Of a stretch of DNA of 64,000 nt, positions 24,673 through 38,650 are shown in pieces. Position 1 is the stretch's first letter. Every line of letters begins with the position of its first letter. Below the pieces are notes generated by a model. That model saw nothing but the letters and a program-made list of their open reading frames with translations. It made no database searches and was not told the DNA's origin. The translations under genes were made by a program, and so were the position numbers. This DNA comes from Octopus sinensis (taxonomy: Eukaryota), in assembly GCF_006345805.1 (NCBI RefSeq), contig NC_043013.1, forward strand, positions 34,720,001 to 34,784,000. Direction: 5' to 3'.

Positions 24673-25062
24673 CCCTTTTGTTACCAACCTGGCTGAAACC
24701 AACTCTGGCTCTGTAGTAAAAATGTCTTGGTTTCATAAGTTCTGAATTAAAATCTTCCACCAAACCTTAGTCACAATTTATGTTCCTAACAGAAGCTTAA
24801 TGATAACTAGGTTATTTTATTAAATTCTTTGTTGTATTTGACCCTTTTGATACCAACCTGACTAAAACTACCTCTGGCTCTATAGTACAAATGTCTTGTT
24901 TTCATAAGTTCTGAATTAAAATCTTCAACCAAACCTTACTTACAATTTATGTTCCTAGCACTAGCTTAATGATAACTAAATTATTTTACTAAATTTTTTG
25001 TTATATTTAAAGTAAATGAAAAAAACACAGAGCATCTCAAAATAAATACAGTAGCGAAAGGG
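24673..25062. mobile_element. piggyBac-like MITE family P1 with a duplicated 5' segment of about 170 bp
   Basis: TTAA-CCCTTTTGTTACC ... GTAGCGAAAGGG-TTAA; the left end restarts at about 24842. Confidence 0.85.
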
Positions 25063-25535
25063 TTAAGGTGCAAAACTCATTCTCTAGAAAGGTGGCCAAT
25101 CTGTATCAAGTTGCATTCCCGAAGTCAGTTGGATAATTCTTCATGACAATGGATAATTCTTCAGGACACTAAGCAGAATTAATTATTAATTCATGGCAGT
25201 CTTCTGAGTTCAAGAAAGACACTCCTGGAATTTCTTGCTGAGCAGCCTGCCAAGATGATATGTCTATAGTGATTAAACATTGGTGACGTACATCAGCTCA
25301 TTTCCTCCACCACTACGACCACATCAAACCAACATTGCCTGTGCAAGTGCATGGTGCGCCACATGTCTTTTGCGTTCTTGAGCAAAGCATTTCATCTAAT
25401 GTTGCTCTGCAATCACTTCAACATGTGGCAATTTGGTCCAATAATTGAGCTCATGAGATCATTACCATGAGAGCAACACCCTAACCACTAACCTAAGAGC
25501 CTTCTAGAATTAAGCTCTTCTAATATAGTTACTGT

Positions 25536-25842
25536 GGGGGTGCAATGGCCCAGAGGTTAAGGCAGCAGACTCGTGATCGGAGGATCGAGGTTTTGATTTC
25601 CAGACTGGGCTTTGTGTATGTTTATTGAGCAAAAACACCTAAAAGCTCCACGAGGCTTCGGCGGGGGTTGGTGGCGACCCCTGTTGTACTCTTTCAGCAC
25701 AACTTTCTTTCACTTTCTTTTTCTGTTTATTGAGTAACGCTGCAATGGACTGGTGTCTCGTTCAGTTGGGGAGAACAAATACACCACTGAAACCAGGAAA
25801 CCGGGCCCATAACGCTGGATAGACTTGAAAAGGGTGAGTTTT
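25536..25842 (+). mobile_element. SINE family C, tail variant C1
   Basis: tRNA-like head and a V-domain-like motif GCAATGGACTGGTGTCTCGTTCAG; TSD TAATATAGTT(A/G)CT. Confidence 0.85.
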
Positions 25843-26454
25843 TAATATAGTTGCTATATTTACTTCCCACCTTCCCATATAGCGATGTCTTTAAGGTCTT
25901 TTCTTTTCCTCTTTATAAATAAACCATGTAACACTTGGAGTGGATTTAAACTCCTTTGAACTCAAAACGCAAACAATGTTAGTCCAATACCATATCCACT
26001 AAACCAGCTCATTTCTACTTTGATGCTTACACGAGAGCACTGAGTGGAATAGACACTGCTAGGTTGCTTTGTGTTGATGAAGACTGCAGTAGAGTTTCAT
26101 CCAAAACAATAAGGTATAAGTCTTAGCACCAACAGAATACACACATACACACACACACGCATATATATGTATTGCTAGATATATATATACTTACATATAT
26201 ATATATCAGAATTTTTTTATATAGGATATCAGAGTCTTTAAAAACAGTACTTAATGAAAAAAATAACAACATTAGTCTTCATCTGATATTGTTATATTTT
26301 AGATATATTTTAGATAACCTAAAACATTAAAATCAATACCGATACTTTAATGACTGATTTTTATTATTGTTGTTTGTTTTATTTATTTTATTTGCTTTTC
26401 TTTGTGTATATTTTTGCAGATTTTTGTTTGAATTAATGTCATTTTTTTCTTTCA

Positions 26455-26469
26455 ACTATATATATATAT

Positions 26470-26500
<31 letters not shown>

Positions 26501-26693
26501 GTATGTATACATATATATTTGTCTCTCTCCCCACTTTCTCTGTATGTATATTTGTGTGTGTGTAAATTTATGCGTGTGCATGTATGTGTGTGTGCATATG
26601 TAAGTATGTACATATATATATATATATATATAATATATATATATATTATATATATAAATACATATATATATATTTATAAATATATATATACAT

Positions 26694-26790
<97 letters not shown>

Positions 26791-26835
26791 TATATATATT
26801 ATATATATATATATATATAGATATATACACATATA

Positions 26836-26874
<39 letters not shown>

Positions 26875-26880
26875 CATATG
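26455..26880. repeat. Long interrupted (TA)n tract with (TG)n
   Basis: Directly visible. Similar tracts at 13030-13310, 21380-21960, 29450-29790, 46850-47050 and 47535-47920. Confidence 0.95.
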
Positions 26881-27269
26881 ATTTAATATTAATTCTTTTT
26901 CAGATACAATTTCAGTGCACACACACAAACACATTTTCACTTATGCTTTTGTTTGTGTATGTGCATTTTTCTGTATGTTTGTTATCCATTTCCTACTTTT
27001 TCATTTGGGACTCATAACAAGGACAAAACGATGTTGGTAGGGAATACGGCAAATGCATATGTATAAAGGAATGAGTTTGTGTGTGTGTGTGTGTGTATGT
27101 GTGTATGCACTGTATGTGCATGCATGACCAAACATTGATTTGTCTGAGTACATCTATATTTGTATTTAGATAATTAAATATGTGCAGATATACATTTGTC
27201 TTTAACAGGCACTTTTAATTTTTAATAAATGTATTTCTCTGTGTGTGTATCCACATACAGATAGATTGA

Positions 27270-28130
27270 CTGACTGATAGATAGACCAACTGACTGACTG
27301 ACGGACCAACCAACAGACTAACCAATAACAGACAAACAAATAGACCAGCAATAGACAGATAGTCAGACACAGGAACTGATAGACTGGCAGACGACCAGCA
27401 ATAGACAGATTGACCAACTGACTGACAGACAACAAATAGACCATCATATATACAACAACAGACAAGCAAATAGACCACCATATAGACAGATAGTCAGACA
27501 CATGAAGTGATAGACTGGCAGACGGCCAGACAGACAGATTGACCAACTGACTGACAGACAAATAGACCAACAACAGACAAACAAATAGACCAGCATATAG
27601 ACAGAAAGTCAGACACAGGAACTGATAGACTGGCAGACGACCAGGCAGACAGATTGACCAACTAACTGACAGACAAATGGACCAGCAACAGATAAGCAAA
27701 TAGACCAGCATATAGACAGATAGTCAGACACATGAACTGATAGACTGGCAGACGACCAGACAGATTGACCAACCAACAGACCAACCAATAACAGACAAAC
27801 AAATAGACCAGCAATAGACAGATTGACCAACTAACTGACAGACAAAATAGACCAACAACAGACAAGCAAATAGACCAGCATATAGACAAATAGTCAGACA
27901 CATGAACTGATAGACTGGCAGATGACCAGACAGACAGATTGACCAACTGACTGGCAGAGAAAATAGACCAACAACAGACAAGCAAATAGACCAGCATATA
28001 GACAGATAGTCAGACACACGAACTGATAGACAAGCAGACGACCAGACAGAGATTGACCGACTGATTAACAGATGAATAGACCAACAACAAACAGACTGAC
28101 TGACTGACCAAGCAACAGACAGACAAACCA

Positions 28131-28207
<77 letters not shown>

Positions 28208-28225
28208 CAGATAGATAGATAGATC
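27270..28225. repeat. About 117-bp higher-order minisatellite built from AGAC/TGAC/ACCA tetramers, ending in (AGAT)n
   Basis: The anchor AGTCAGACAC recurs at about 27361, 27492, 27608, 27722, 27892 and 28008. Confidence 0.85.
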
Positions 28226-29512
28226 CAAAAATGAGTATATATAATTCACGGGCATTTATATTTATATTTAAATATCTAAACATGTATACTAATAAACATC
28301 ATACAAAAAATGTACACATACTAGTGTATATGGTTAGGAATACAGATGTTGGCATTTATGCATTATTTGTACGATTAAATATGTAAGTATTTTTATGAGT
28401 GTTAAGATGTATGCATTTCTGTGAGTGTTAGTATGTATGTATTTCTGTGTATGCTATGATTGTATGCTTTTTGGGGATTGTATGCAAGTGTCTCCATGAA
28501 TGTAGATGTATGAATGAAGTCAAAGAGAAATTGTACAAGTTAATATCAATAATATATAGAATATCATATATGTGATAACACACATACATCATTGATTTGT
28601 ATTGTTTCAATATACACACTGCATAAACGTATGTCTATGGTTATGTATGCATGTATGTATGTATGTAAGTAATGCATATGACAATGGTTGTTATAAGTGT
28701 GTGAATGACAGAAACAGTGTAGGACAAATATAGTGCACATAAAGAAATATAGTACACACAATTATGTATATATAAAACACTAAACCTATATGACTATGCC
28801 CATTGTGTGTATGAATACATACATACGTGTGTGTGTGTATGTATGTGTGCATATGCATATACATACATATATATACACATACATATATATATACATATAT
28901 ATATATACATACACATATATATACACACATAAATACAAATACACACACACACGCACACACACACACATATATATGTATATGTATATATATACATATATAG
29001 TTATATATATGTGTGTATGTATGTATGTATGTATGTATGTATATTATATGAGTTAAGTACCTTGCTTAAATAGGCTCAAAATTCCCATCTGAGCTCAACA
29101 CAATATTTGTCTGTATTTGTTAAGGAAAAACTTAATTCTTAATGGATTAAAAAATAGTGAAGTAGAACAACAAAATAAAAGATCAATAATGGAATTATAT
29201 ATATGTGTGTGTGTATGTGTGTGTTTATGTATGTATGTATGAGACATATACAGATTCATAGACTAAAAGTTATATTAAATGAAATGACAAACACACGTAT
29301 ATACAACACATGAATAGATTTAATATGTAGACATACACAGACACACACACTCACACACACACCCATATATATATACACACACACACATACAGAGGCAAAT
29401 ATATACATAGATATACACTCATACATACAAATATATATACCTACATATGCACTAATATATATATATAAATACATACACATGCACTAGTATACATATATAT
29501 ATATATATTATA

Positions 29513-29557
<45 letters not shown>

Positions 29558-30069
29558 GATAGATAGAAAGATAGATAAAAACACATTTTTAATTTCTTAC
29601 CAGTAGATACAGGCTTACAAATATATACATTTACATCAGCAAATACACACACACATACATACCTATATATATATATATATATATCATATATATATTATAT
29701 ATATATATATATACATATATATACATATATATATATACATACCATACGTACATATATATATATATACATACCTTACGTACATATATATATATAAGTACAT
29801 ACCAAACACACACAAACTTTCTTTCAAAGTGAATTATAAACAAATTGGATTTTTCTTTTGAATAATTGTCCTCCACTTCCTCCTACTGCTCTGCAACATC
29901 ATCTCACCTCCTACTCATCACCCTCTCCCAACATTCTCCTATGGTGTTGCCTCCTCCTGCTATCCCCCAAATTCACCGTCTCTCTGTTGTGTATATTGTA
30001 TTGCTTTACAGTCCGTTGAAGACAGATTCAAACAATTATTCTGCAGGCAGATTCTCATATCATAATATC

Positions 30070-30137
<68 letters not shown>

Positions 30138-31010
30138 CACATACATAGACATATATATATATATGCATGTATGTATATGATTCCGTTACTATGGTTCAGA
30201 AGTTGTTTTTTTCCTTCTGTCTTACTGTTTTTGGAATTTTTCTCTTTTTGGTCATTTCTTTTCATGGCAATTTTTTTATTTTTTGAGGTGTATGGGGGAT
30301 CATTTTTTTCCTTCATCCTTATGACCCTTCCTCTGCCTCACACCCTCTCCAAACCCATCTCACAATCGTCCCCACTTTAGAGTTCTTTAGTACATTTCTA
30401 CTGCAGCCAACGTCTATGAGGGCAACCATTTCTCAATACACACAACATAAACCCATAACCAACCACTGCCATCATTTATTTCACTTAGAACATCAGAATA
30501 ATTCACTTTATTTTGTTTTTATCTTGGTTTATTTTATTTATATATATATTTTTTAATTACATTTTGGTTTTTGTCTCAATTACATTTCTGAATCTATAGT
30601 TTCTTTCATTTTTTTTTATTAGAGCTTATTTTTTTTTTATATTATAAAAATAAGTTTTTCTTTTTACTTGTCCGAATGAGTCACTGCGATATTGTTCCAC
30701 AAGAGCCTGATGTCATATCAAGAGAGTTAGGTTCAATTTCTACCACTCCTAATGTCACACTACATTGTTTGGAGGTGTATTAGATGTAACCTTCTGACTA
30801 AAAAATTCTTTCATTTTCTTCATTTTCTTTCCTTGGATTCTGGACATGGACACAACAAATGCTTTTCTGAATGACCACACAAGAAATATTCTATATAGCT
30901 AAAACTCAATTTACTCAAAACAATGGCCAAATGTCTCACAATCCATTTGGCCAGGGGTTCCCAAACATTGGGCTATAGACCAGTACCAGGCCATGACATA
31001 TCTGGTACCA

Positions 31011-31187
31011 TGGTAAGAAGTTTGCTTCCTAATCACATGGTTCCAGGTTCAATCCCACTGTGCAGCACCTTGGGTAAGTGTCTTCTACAATAGCCTTGTG
31101 CTGACCAAAAGCTTTGTGAGTGGATACATACATACATACATACATGCATACATACATGCATACATACATACATGCATACATACATAC

Positions 31188-31220
<33 letters not shown>

Positions 31221-31468
31221 TGTATGTATGTATGTATGTATGTATGTGTATTTTTGTGTCTGTGTTGTTCTCCGCAACAGCTTGACAACAAGTGTTGGTG
31301 TGTTTACATCCCCATAATCTAGTGGTTTGGAAAAAGATACCGATAAAATCAGTAGGAGGCTTTAAATAAAAGAAATTACTGGGGCCAATTCATTCGACCG
31401 AAAAAAGTTCTTCAAGGCCATGGTCCAGTATGGCTGTGGTCTAATGAGAGAATCAAGTAAAAGATAAA
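31011..31468 (+). mobile_element. SINE family A with a palindromic (TACA)n/(TATG)n internal repeat
   Basis: Family A head, body and tail; internal repeat at about 31124-31248. Confidence 0.85.
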
Positions 31469-32093
31469 TGACAAAGGATTGCTTCTATTCATTGGCCATC
31501 GCAGCCTGCAGGGTGCTATTTTGAAGAATTATCACTTCCATCCCTTTGTCACAATTGCCTTTATTCTTTGTAAGCCTTGTACTTATTCTATCGTAACTTA
31601 GTGGTTTGGTGAAAGAGACTGATGGAATAAGAGTGCTAGACTTACAAACAATAAGTCCTGGGATTGATTTGCTCAACTAAAGGCAGTGCTCCAGCATGGC
31701 TACAGTCAAATGACTGAAACAAATAAAAGCATAAAAGAATACAACAGAAGGAGAAGTGATGATACTGACAAATGCCTTGAAACATTACAAAATATCATTT
31801 TGCATTTATGGCCCATTGAAGTTCTCCTTGGGATATGGTGGCTTATGTGTCTCAATGACTCAGAGAGATACACATGTGGAGTGCAAGCTCCAAGTAAGCC
31901 CACCCAACCTGGATGGCTCAAAAGATAAAGGCCAAACTAATATGGACCACCTCTTTCCAGAGGTCAAAATGAGGTCGTGTGGGGCCAATACCCCTACCTA
32001 GAAAACAGCAAAGTTACAGAAATATCGATGACAATTCAAAACTGAAAAGATCTTCCCTTGAGGAAACATGACACAGTTCAGCACAATCTAAAA

Positions 32094-32440
32094 AGATGGC
32101 TTGGTCACACCTCAAGGCAACCAATATTCTACATAATACATCAGGCCCTGACCTGGGGTCCACAAGAGAGGCTGAAAAGAGGTAGTGAAGTGAACTTCTT
32201 GACTACATAGCTATATTGGCATCAATGTTTGGCAAAAGAGAAAAACAGTCACAGCTGGAATGTCTGAATATAGGCTCTCGAGACCATATCTGATGTGATG
32301 GAAGTGAGTCAGTGAGTCAGAACTGAAATAAGCAGGGATCTGACTGGAGTGAAGCGGAAAAGGCAGCCTTGAGTTGAGAATGGTGGAGAAAAGTTGCTGA
32401 TGGCCTTTGCTCCAAGAAGGACAAAGGCCTTAAGCAAGTA
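32094..32440 (+). mobile_element. Decayed RTE LINE 3' end
   Basis: RWLGHTSRQPIFYIIHQALTWGPQERLKRG, and in another frame WSEAEKAALS*EWWRKVADGLCSKKDKG; matches the WIGHTLR...QALTWNP.G.RKRG...WR..V.GLCS pattern. Confidence 0.75.
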
Positions 32441-32565
32441 GGTAAAAGTTCTGTTGACAAAAACCTGTTGCACCTACATACACAAAAGTGTTCGATGCTG
32501 GTTCAAGTGTACCATTGCTGCAGACACTGTATAAAGCGATAAACTGTTTTATTAACTTTTTGCAG

Positions 32566-32592
32566 TCAACCTAAATCCCTCTGTCCACAACG
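32566..32592 (+). CDS. Candidate 27-nt phase-1 micro-exon
   Basis: Acceptor TTTTATTAACTTTTTGCAG; donor CG/GTAGGT (alternative AG/GTATGA at 32596). Frame xNLNPSVHN. Confidence 0.22.
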
Positions 32593-33232
32593 GTAGGTAT
32601 GACTGATCTGAATGAACAGTTATTTTGAGCCAAGTATATATTTGGTCCCCATTTATCTATCAGTCAAGAATCATTAATCAAAACCTTTGTTTTTCTTCCT
32701 TCTGTGGTAGATTAATAAGGCTTATCTTTATTGACTATTGATACCTATTTCTGATAAAATATTGAGAGACAGTCAATATCATCGACTATCTTTCATGCCA
32801 CTGTGAAGGATAAATAAATAAATATTTATCTTTGTTGAACTGAAATGACCAAATACATAAAAGTATCCGATCCGACTACTTGCTCATGGAAAGCAAATTT
32901 AAACTCACAACTCATATTTTGTTGAGTTTCGAAGCAGCTAATTTTATTTTACCCTAACAAGAATACCTGGTCTTAGATGGATCTATTAATACTTAAAAAG
33001 AAATAAATCCTACAAACTACATGACTAAGTTGCTTTCAAAAATATGTTGATTATTTTCAGTTAGTTTGAGAATGTTGTTTCACTCAAATGTTTTGCATTC
33101 AAGCAATTCAGAGCATAGTTCAAGTTAAACTTCAGAAAAATATACAAAATATAATTAGACATATAAATTAGACATATAATCATGTTAAATTTTACTGTTG
33201 CGGTTTTGTTATTTTCTCAGAAAGTATGCTGC

Positions 33233-33771
33233 CTTTTACTCTTTTATTTGTTTCAGTCATTTGACTGTGGCCATGCTGGAGCACTGCCTTTAGTTGAAGA
33301 AATGAACCACAGGACTTATTCTTTTGTAAGCCTAGTACTTATTCTATCGGTCTCTTTTGCGAATTGCTAAGTTATGGAAACGTAAACACACTACCATTAG
33401 TTGTCAAGCGATGTTGGGGGAACAAACACAGACACACAAACAAACACACACACACACATATATATAAAACATGAATTAGAGATAAAACCACTATTATGCA
33501 ACTCAAACAGTCATAGACATAAACCAATATATATATATATATATATATATAAAGTATAAAATGAATGATAAATATATAATATAATAATAATATATATATA
33601 TATATATATACATATATACGATGGGTTTTTTTCAGTTTCTGTCTACTAAATCCACTCACAAGGCCTGAGGCTATAGTAGAAGACACTTGCCCAAGGTGCC
33701 ACACGGTGGGACTGAACCCGGAACCATGTGATTCGTAAGCAAGCTACTTAACACACAGCCACTCTTACGCC
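33233..33771 (-). mobile_element. SINE family A, full length with expanded internal (TA)n
   Basis: All family A modules present. Confidence 0.92.
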
Positions 33772-34037
33772 TATTTGCTGTTTTTTTTTAAATATTTCAC
33801 TAATTTCACAATTATTCTGAGTTATTTTCCTAATCAGTAACTTTCTCAATATGTATTGCAATATTTAGGGTATAAAATGTTCTTAGTTCTTTTCATTTTT
33901 TTTTTAATCAGGTGAAACTCCCCCACAATCCACCTTCCCAACATCTCCACCATCCACTGTAGGGCCCTTCACTCTCCCTCACGTGCCTATCTACACACCC
34001 GCCATACCTTTACATATAAATCATATTCACTTCCCAG

Positions 34038-34255
34038 AAGGCAGCGAGCCGGCAGAAATGTTAGCACGCCGGGTGAATTGCGTAGCTGTATTTCGTCTGC
34101 TGTTACGTTCTGAGTTCAAATTCCGCCGAGGTTGACTTTGCCTTTCATCCTTTTGGGGTCGATGAATTAAGTACCAGTTACACACTGGAGTCGATGTAAT
34201 CAACTTAATTCACTTGTCTGTCCTTGTTTGTCCCCTTGTGGGTAGTAAAGAAATA
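34038..34255 (+). mobile_element. SINE family B
   Basis: Perfect 16-bp TSD CATATTCACTTCCCAG at 34022 and 34256. Confidence 0.93.
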
Positions 34256-35824
34256 CATATTCACTTCCCAGCTACTCCAACTCCTCTCATCATTGCCTGC
34301 TATCTCTAAATATCCCCCTCTCACACTCTCATGGAACATTCCCCCTTAATCCCCTTTGTATTACTCACACTAATCCCCACTGTTCCCTGTCAGTAGCCCT
34401 GTCTCTCACTCTGACTGTCTCTATCTTTCTTTCTAACCCTCCCCAATCTCCTTCCTTGTCCTACTGGAAATATTTGCTTGCTTAGAAACAGACAAGGGTT
34501 AGTAAAGCAAAAAGCATCCAGACATAAAAAAAGTTACCTCAATAAATTCCCTCTCATCCAGGCAAACATGAAAAAGGGGATTTTATGATGAAGATACACG
34601 GGTAGAAGTGTAACTGAGTGGTTAAGAAATTTACTTCCCAGCCATGCAGACTTGGGATGACTCTCATCATGTGAGTGCCATTTGCTATAGCTGAAAGCCA
34701 ACCAAAATCTTACATATATATGTAATTGATAAGTCCTTTCAATTTCTGTCTACCAAACTTACAAAACTTGATTCAGAGGAGTAGAAGGAAAAACTCAACC
34801 AAGTTGCCACAATAGTTATGAACCTGACTCCATAAGGTTGTGAAATGAATTTCTTAACCTCTCAACCATGCCTGTATACATATAGATACATATACATATA
34901 TACATACAAACATATATATATATATACACATAAAGATATAGTTTCATATATATATATTCATTTATATAAACACACATACACATTTATATATACACACATT
35001 TATATATGTGTGTGTATGTATGTATGTATGTATGTAGGTATGTATGTGTGTGTGTGTGTATATTGCCCTTTGCTTAATTTTGAAAAGCATTCATTAGTTA
35101 ATTTGTGTGATTCTCTTCTCACATAGATGAATTAACTTCTGAAATTACTGACCCAATCAATTAAGATAAAACTTAAGAATGGAAAATATTTAAATTAATA
35201 AGTAAATTAAATTAAAATGAAATAACATTAAAACAAAACAATCAGCAAAAAGCAAAATAATGATAAAATAAACAAATTATTAAAAAAAAACTCTAAGGAA
35301 GAAAAAATACAAACAAATGGAAACTAAGTAAACAGCCAACATCACCTCACTTCACCTGACGCACACCCAACACCAACATAATCATCACCACACCACCATA
35401 TACAGTGATAACTTATAATCCAACACCTTCCTTTCCACGAAACACAACTATGATGATGATGATGATGATGGTAATGATGATGGAAATGATGATGATGATG
35501 ATGATGATGATAGTAGTGATGGTGATGATGGTGATGATGATGATGAAGCTATAAATGGTGATAGGGAAACATCTTAAAAGATTTATTGCTGAAATTCATT
35601 TTGATCATTAAATCAAACTCTCGCCACCCTGCTCCACCCAACCGCGCCTCTGTCTTGCCTACTCCTCTCACATCGCTGCACTGCACCGCGCCAGTCCACC
35701 ACCGCCCACCACCACCACCACCGCCGCCGCCGCCGCCACAGCCACCACTACAACTACAACCAACCCTAGCACCTTCAACACTTGCCCCACCACCATCACC
35801 ACCACCACCACACCTCATCCGTAC

Positions 35825-35881
35825 CTTGATCATCGCAGCGAAAAACCAAGATGTTGTTCTATATATTTCACAAACACCTGA
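35825..35881 (-). CDS. Candidate 57-nt phase-0 exon on the minus strand
   Basis: Acceptor TTTGCTTTTCATTAAACAG and donor AAG/GTACGG; frame SGVCEIYRTTSWFFAAMIK. No homology recognised. Confidence 0.18.
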
Positions 35882-36823
35882 CTGTTTAATGAAAAGCAAA
35901 TATAATTAAAAATGTTTTGTTGTTGCTTCTAGTCACACACACACAGGCTCACACATAAATACACACATACATTCGCACACACTTTTTTAATTATATAATT
36001 ATTCCTCCCTTAATAATTCGAAAGATTTTTATTGGGTTTCTTTTTTTTTTTCTTTTGCTTTCCTACCTTTATTTCTTTGTTTATTTGTTCCAATCTGTCT
36101 TTTTTGATTTTTTTGTTGTTGTTTTTAACATTTTCTTTTTCTATTTTCTTTATAAGAGACAAAGAAAGAAATCCGTACACAATCAATCTTCCTTCATTTT
36201 CACCAGTCTTCCTTCGCTTTTCTTTCAACCAAACTTCATTCATTTGGTTCTTTTAATTTTACCACCTAATTTCCTTCATATTTTTGTCTGCTATTTTTAC
36301 CATGTGTGTGTGTGTGTGTGCTTGCCTTTGTTTACATTTCTTGCTATTAATCTTCTTTCCATTGTTTTGTCTTTTCCTCATTATCTGCTACTAATTTTGT
36401 AATTATTCATTTCTGTCTTCTTCATTCTGTCAATCAGACAGTATTTTCTTTTGTTTTTTTCTTTTTTCTTTTTGTGTGTTGTTTTGCTTCCTTTCTTTTG
36501 AGTCACTGTACTTCCTTCTTCATTTCTTCTTATTCATGACCCGAACAATATCGTCAGCACCTGATCGACTCCTCACAAGCACCTATATATATATATATCT
36601 GCATAGTTTTACATATGTTTATATAGATATATAACCAATACCAGGCAATGGTAAGAGACTCTATGTAGTTGTTCAAACTGTTAGAAACAACTTCAACACT
36701 ACCCTGAAACAGCACCACGCTAGGCACATCATCATCATCATCATCGCTTAACATCTGCTTTCCATGCTGGCATGGTTTGGATGGTTTGACATGGAGCTGG
36801 TTATCTGGGAGCTGTTCAGACCT

Positions 36824-37313
36824 ATCATTCATCATCATTGTTCGACCGTGGTCGAGACAATGGAATTTACTGTTACGCCAGACTTCACGGTCCATCAGAG
36901 CATTACGGAGGTCCTGTTGCTGGATGCCTGTATCCCTGGAGATTACATCAGGGTAGGAGAGTGTGCGCCCTCTGGTATTGCGAGTAGATGGCTTCCAGAG
37001 GAGAAGAGTAAAAATTACTTCTTTTTCAGCTCTACAACAATGTCCAGCAAACTGGACTCTCCTACCTTTCACAAGAGATGATACAGGTGGTAGTTTCCCA
37101 TATATTTGCATTTTGGTTGGATGGCGCTTCCACGAGAGATTTTGAGCTCTCATAAGGAGGTGAGTGTAGGTTCCATCCAACCGCCTCTCAAGCTTCTTTG
37201 ATAACGTCCAGGTTTCTGAGCCATATAGTAGAATTGGTTCGACTGTGGCTTTGAATATTTCAAGTTTGAAGTCTCTACTTAGATTTGATGACCAGATCTT
37301 ATGCATGTCATTA
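36824..37313 (-). mobile_element. 5'-truncated RTE-clade LINE inserted into a family D element
   Basis: Uninterrupted frame KIWSSNLSRDFKLEIFKATVEPILLYGSETWTL...RRVQFAGHC...RGRTLSY...DREVWR (RTE C-terminus), (ATG)n-like tail, and TSD CAGACCT at 36817 and 37314. Family D sequence resumes on both sides. Confidence 0.93.
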
Positions 37314-38071
37314 CAGACCTAACTGTCTGTTGTGGTTTGGTTTCTACAGCCTGATGCCCCCTCCTAATGCCAACCACTTAAAAGTGTGTGCTTGTTGGCA
37401 CTAGGAAGGGCATCCAGCCATAGAAACCATGTTACAACAGACAGTTGGAGTCTGGACAGCTGCCCAGCTGCCCAGCTTGATGTCAAACCAGGAAGATAAT
37501 TAAAAAATGAGTAACGCTGTGATGGACTGGCGTCCCAACCAGCTGGGGAACACATATGCCATTGAAACCAGGAAACAGGGCCCATGAGCCTAGCTAGGCT
37601 TTAAAAGAGTGCATTGAGGAATAAGTTGTATTGTCAAGTCTCAGGAACAATTAAATGCACAGCAGATCTGAATTGGTGATCTGTGAGCTTAGCACATGGA
37701 AAGCTAAATTGATAAGATGTTGGAGAACCAGGTAAGAATATAGCTGTTCGTATCCCACTACCATAACAGCATTTATGGGCCTGTTCTTAAGGAACCTAAC
37801 TTTCAAAAAGCACTGTCAAACTAAAAATAAGTTCTGTGCAATAGAAAAAAAATGTAACACTAAACTGTGGAAGCACAGAAGAAAATGCACAAATGATTTC
37901 TAAGCTTGTTGTATTTGGTTTACCATCTTTTGAAGTTGTTATGTTCATATATGCTCATATGAAGAATTGGAACCTTCAGGTTGTTCAGGGCATACATATG
38001 TAGAAAATCTGCATCAGCAAAATATATCTGATCCTCACCAGGTTAGCTCTAACGAAGCGGGTTTTGATTAA

Positions 38072-38281
38072 CCCTTTGGCATTTAGCTGGCCATATCAGG
38101 CCAAAATATTTTATCTGTTTTCTTGTTCAAACAGGCTTCTCACAACAATCCTACAATAGCATTTTCAAAATAAGCTATCACAACAGGGAAATCTTGAAAC
38201 CACAAGATAATGTATGATTAATTAAAAACAATGTGAATAAATAAGCATTACATTTGAAAGTGTAATCTGAATGTTAAAGGG
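38072..38281. mobile_element. piggyBac-like MITE family P2
   Basis: TTAA-CCCTTTGGCATT ... AATGTTAAAGGG-TTAA. Confidence 0.8.
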
Positions 38282-38299
38282 TTAAAAGACATTCCAGCC

Positions 38300-38650
38300 A
38301 TTATCATCATCATCATCATCATCATCATCGTTTAAAGTCTGCTTTTCATGCTGGCATGGGTTGGACGATTTGACTGAGGTCTGGTGAACCAGATGGCTGC
38401 ACCAAGCTCCAGTCTGATCTGGCAGACTTTCTACAGCTGGATGCTCTTCCTAAAGCCAACCACTCTGAGAGTGTAGTGGTCGCTTTACATGCCACTGGCA
38501 TGAAGCCAGCCAGGCAGTACTGGCAACAGCCATGCTCAAATGGTATTTTTCATGAGCCACCTGCACAGGAACCAGTCCAGCGGCACTGGCAATGACCTCA
38601 CTCAAATGGTTTTTCACGTGCCACGAGCACAAGTGCCAGTAAAGCGATGC
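38300..38650 (-). mobile_element. Family D element with three internal tandem units
   Basis: (ATC)n tail; units at about 38483, 38547 and 38611. Confidence 0.85.

Noticed and set aside
29990-30060. Acceptor plus SVEDRFKQLFC frame
   Set aside because: Only a non-consensus GC donor is available, so support is insufficient.
35586-35909. 107-aa Pro-rich ORF
   Set aside because: It is driven by (CCA/CCG)n low complexity, with no recognisable domain or splice context on that strand.
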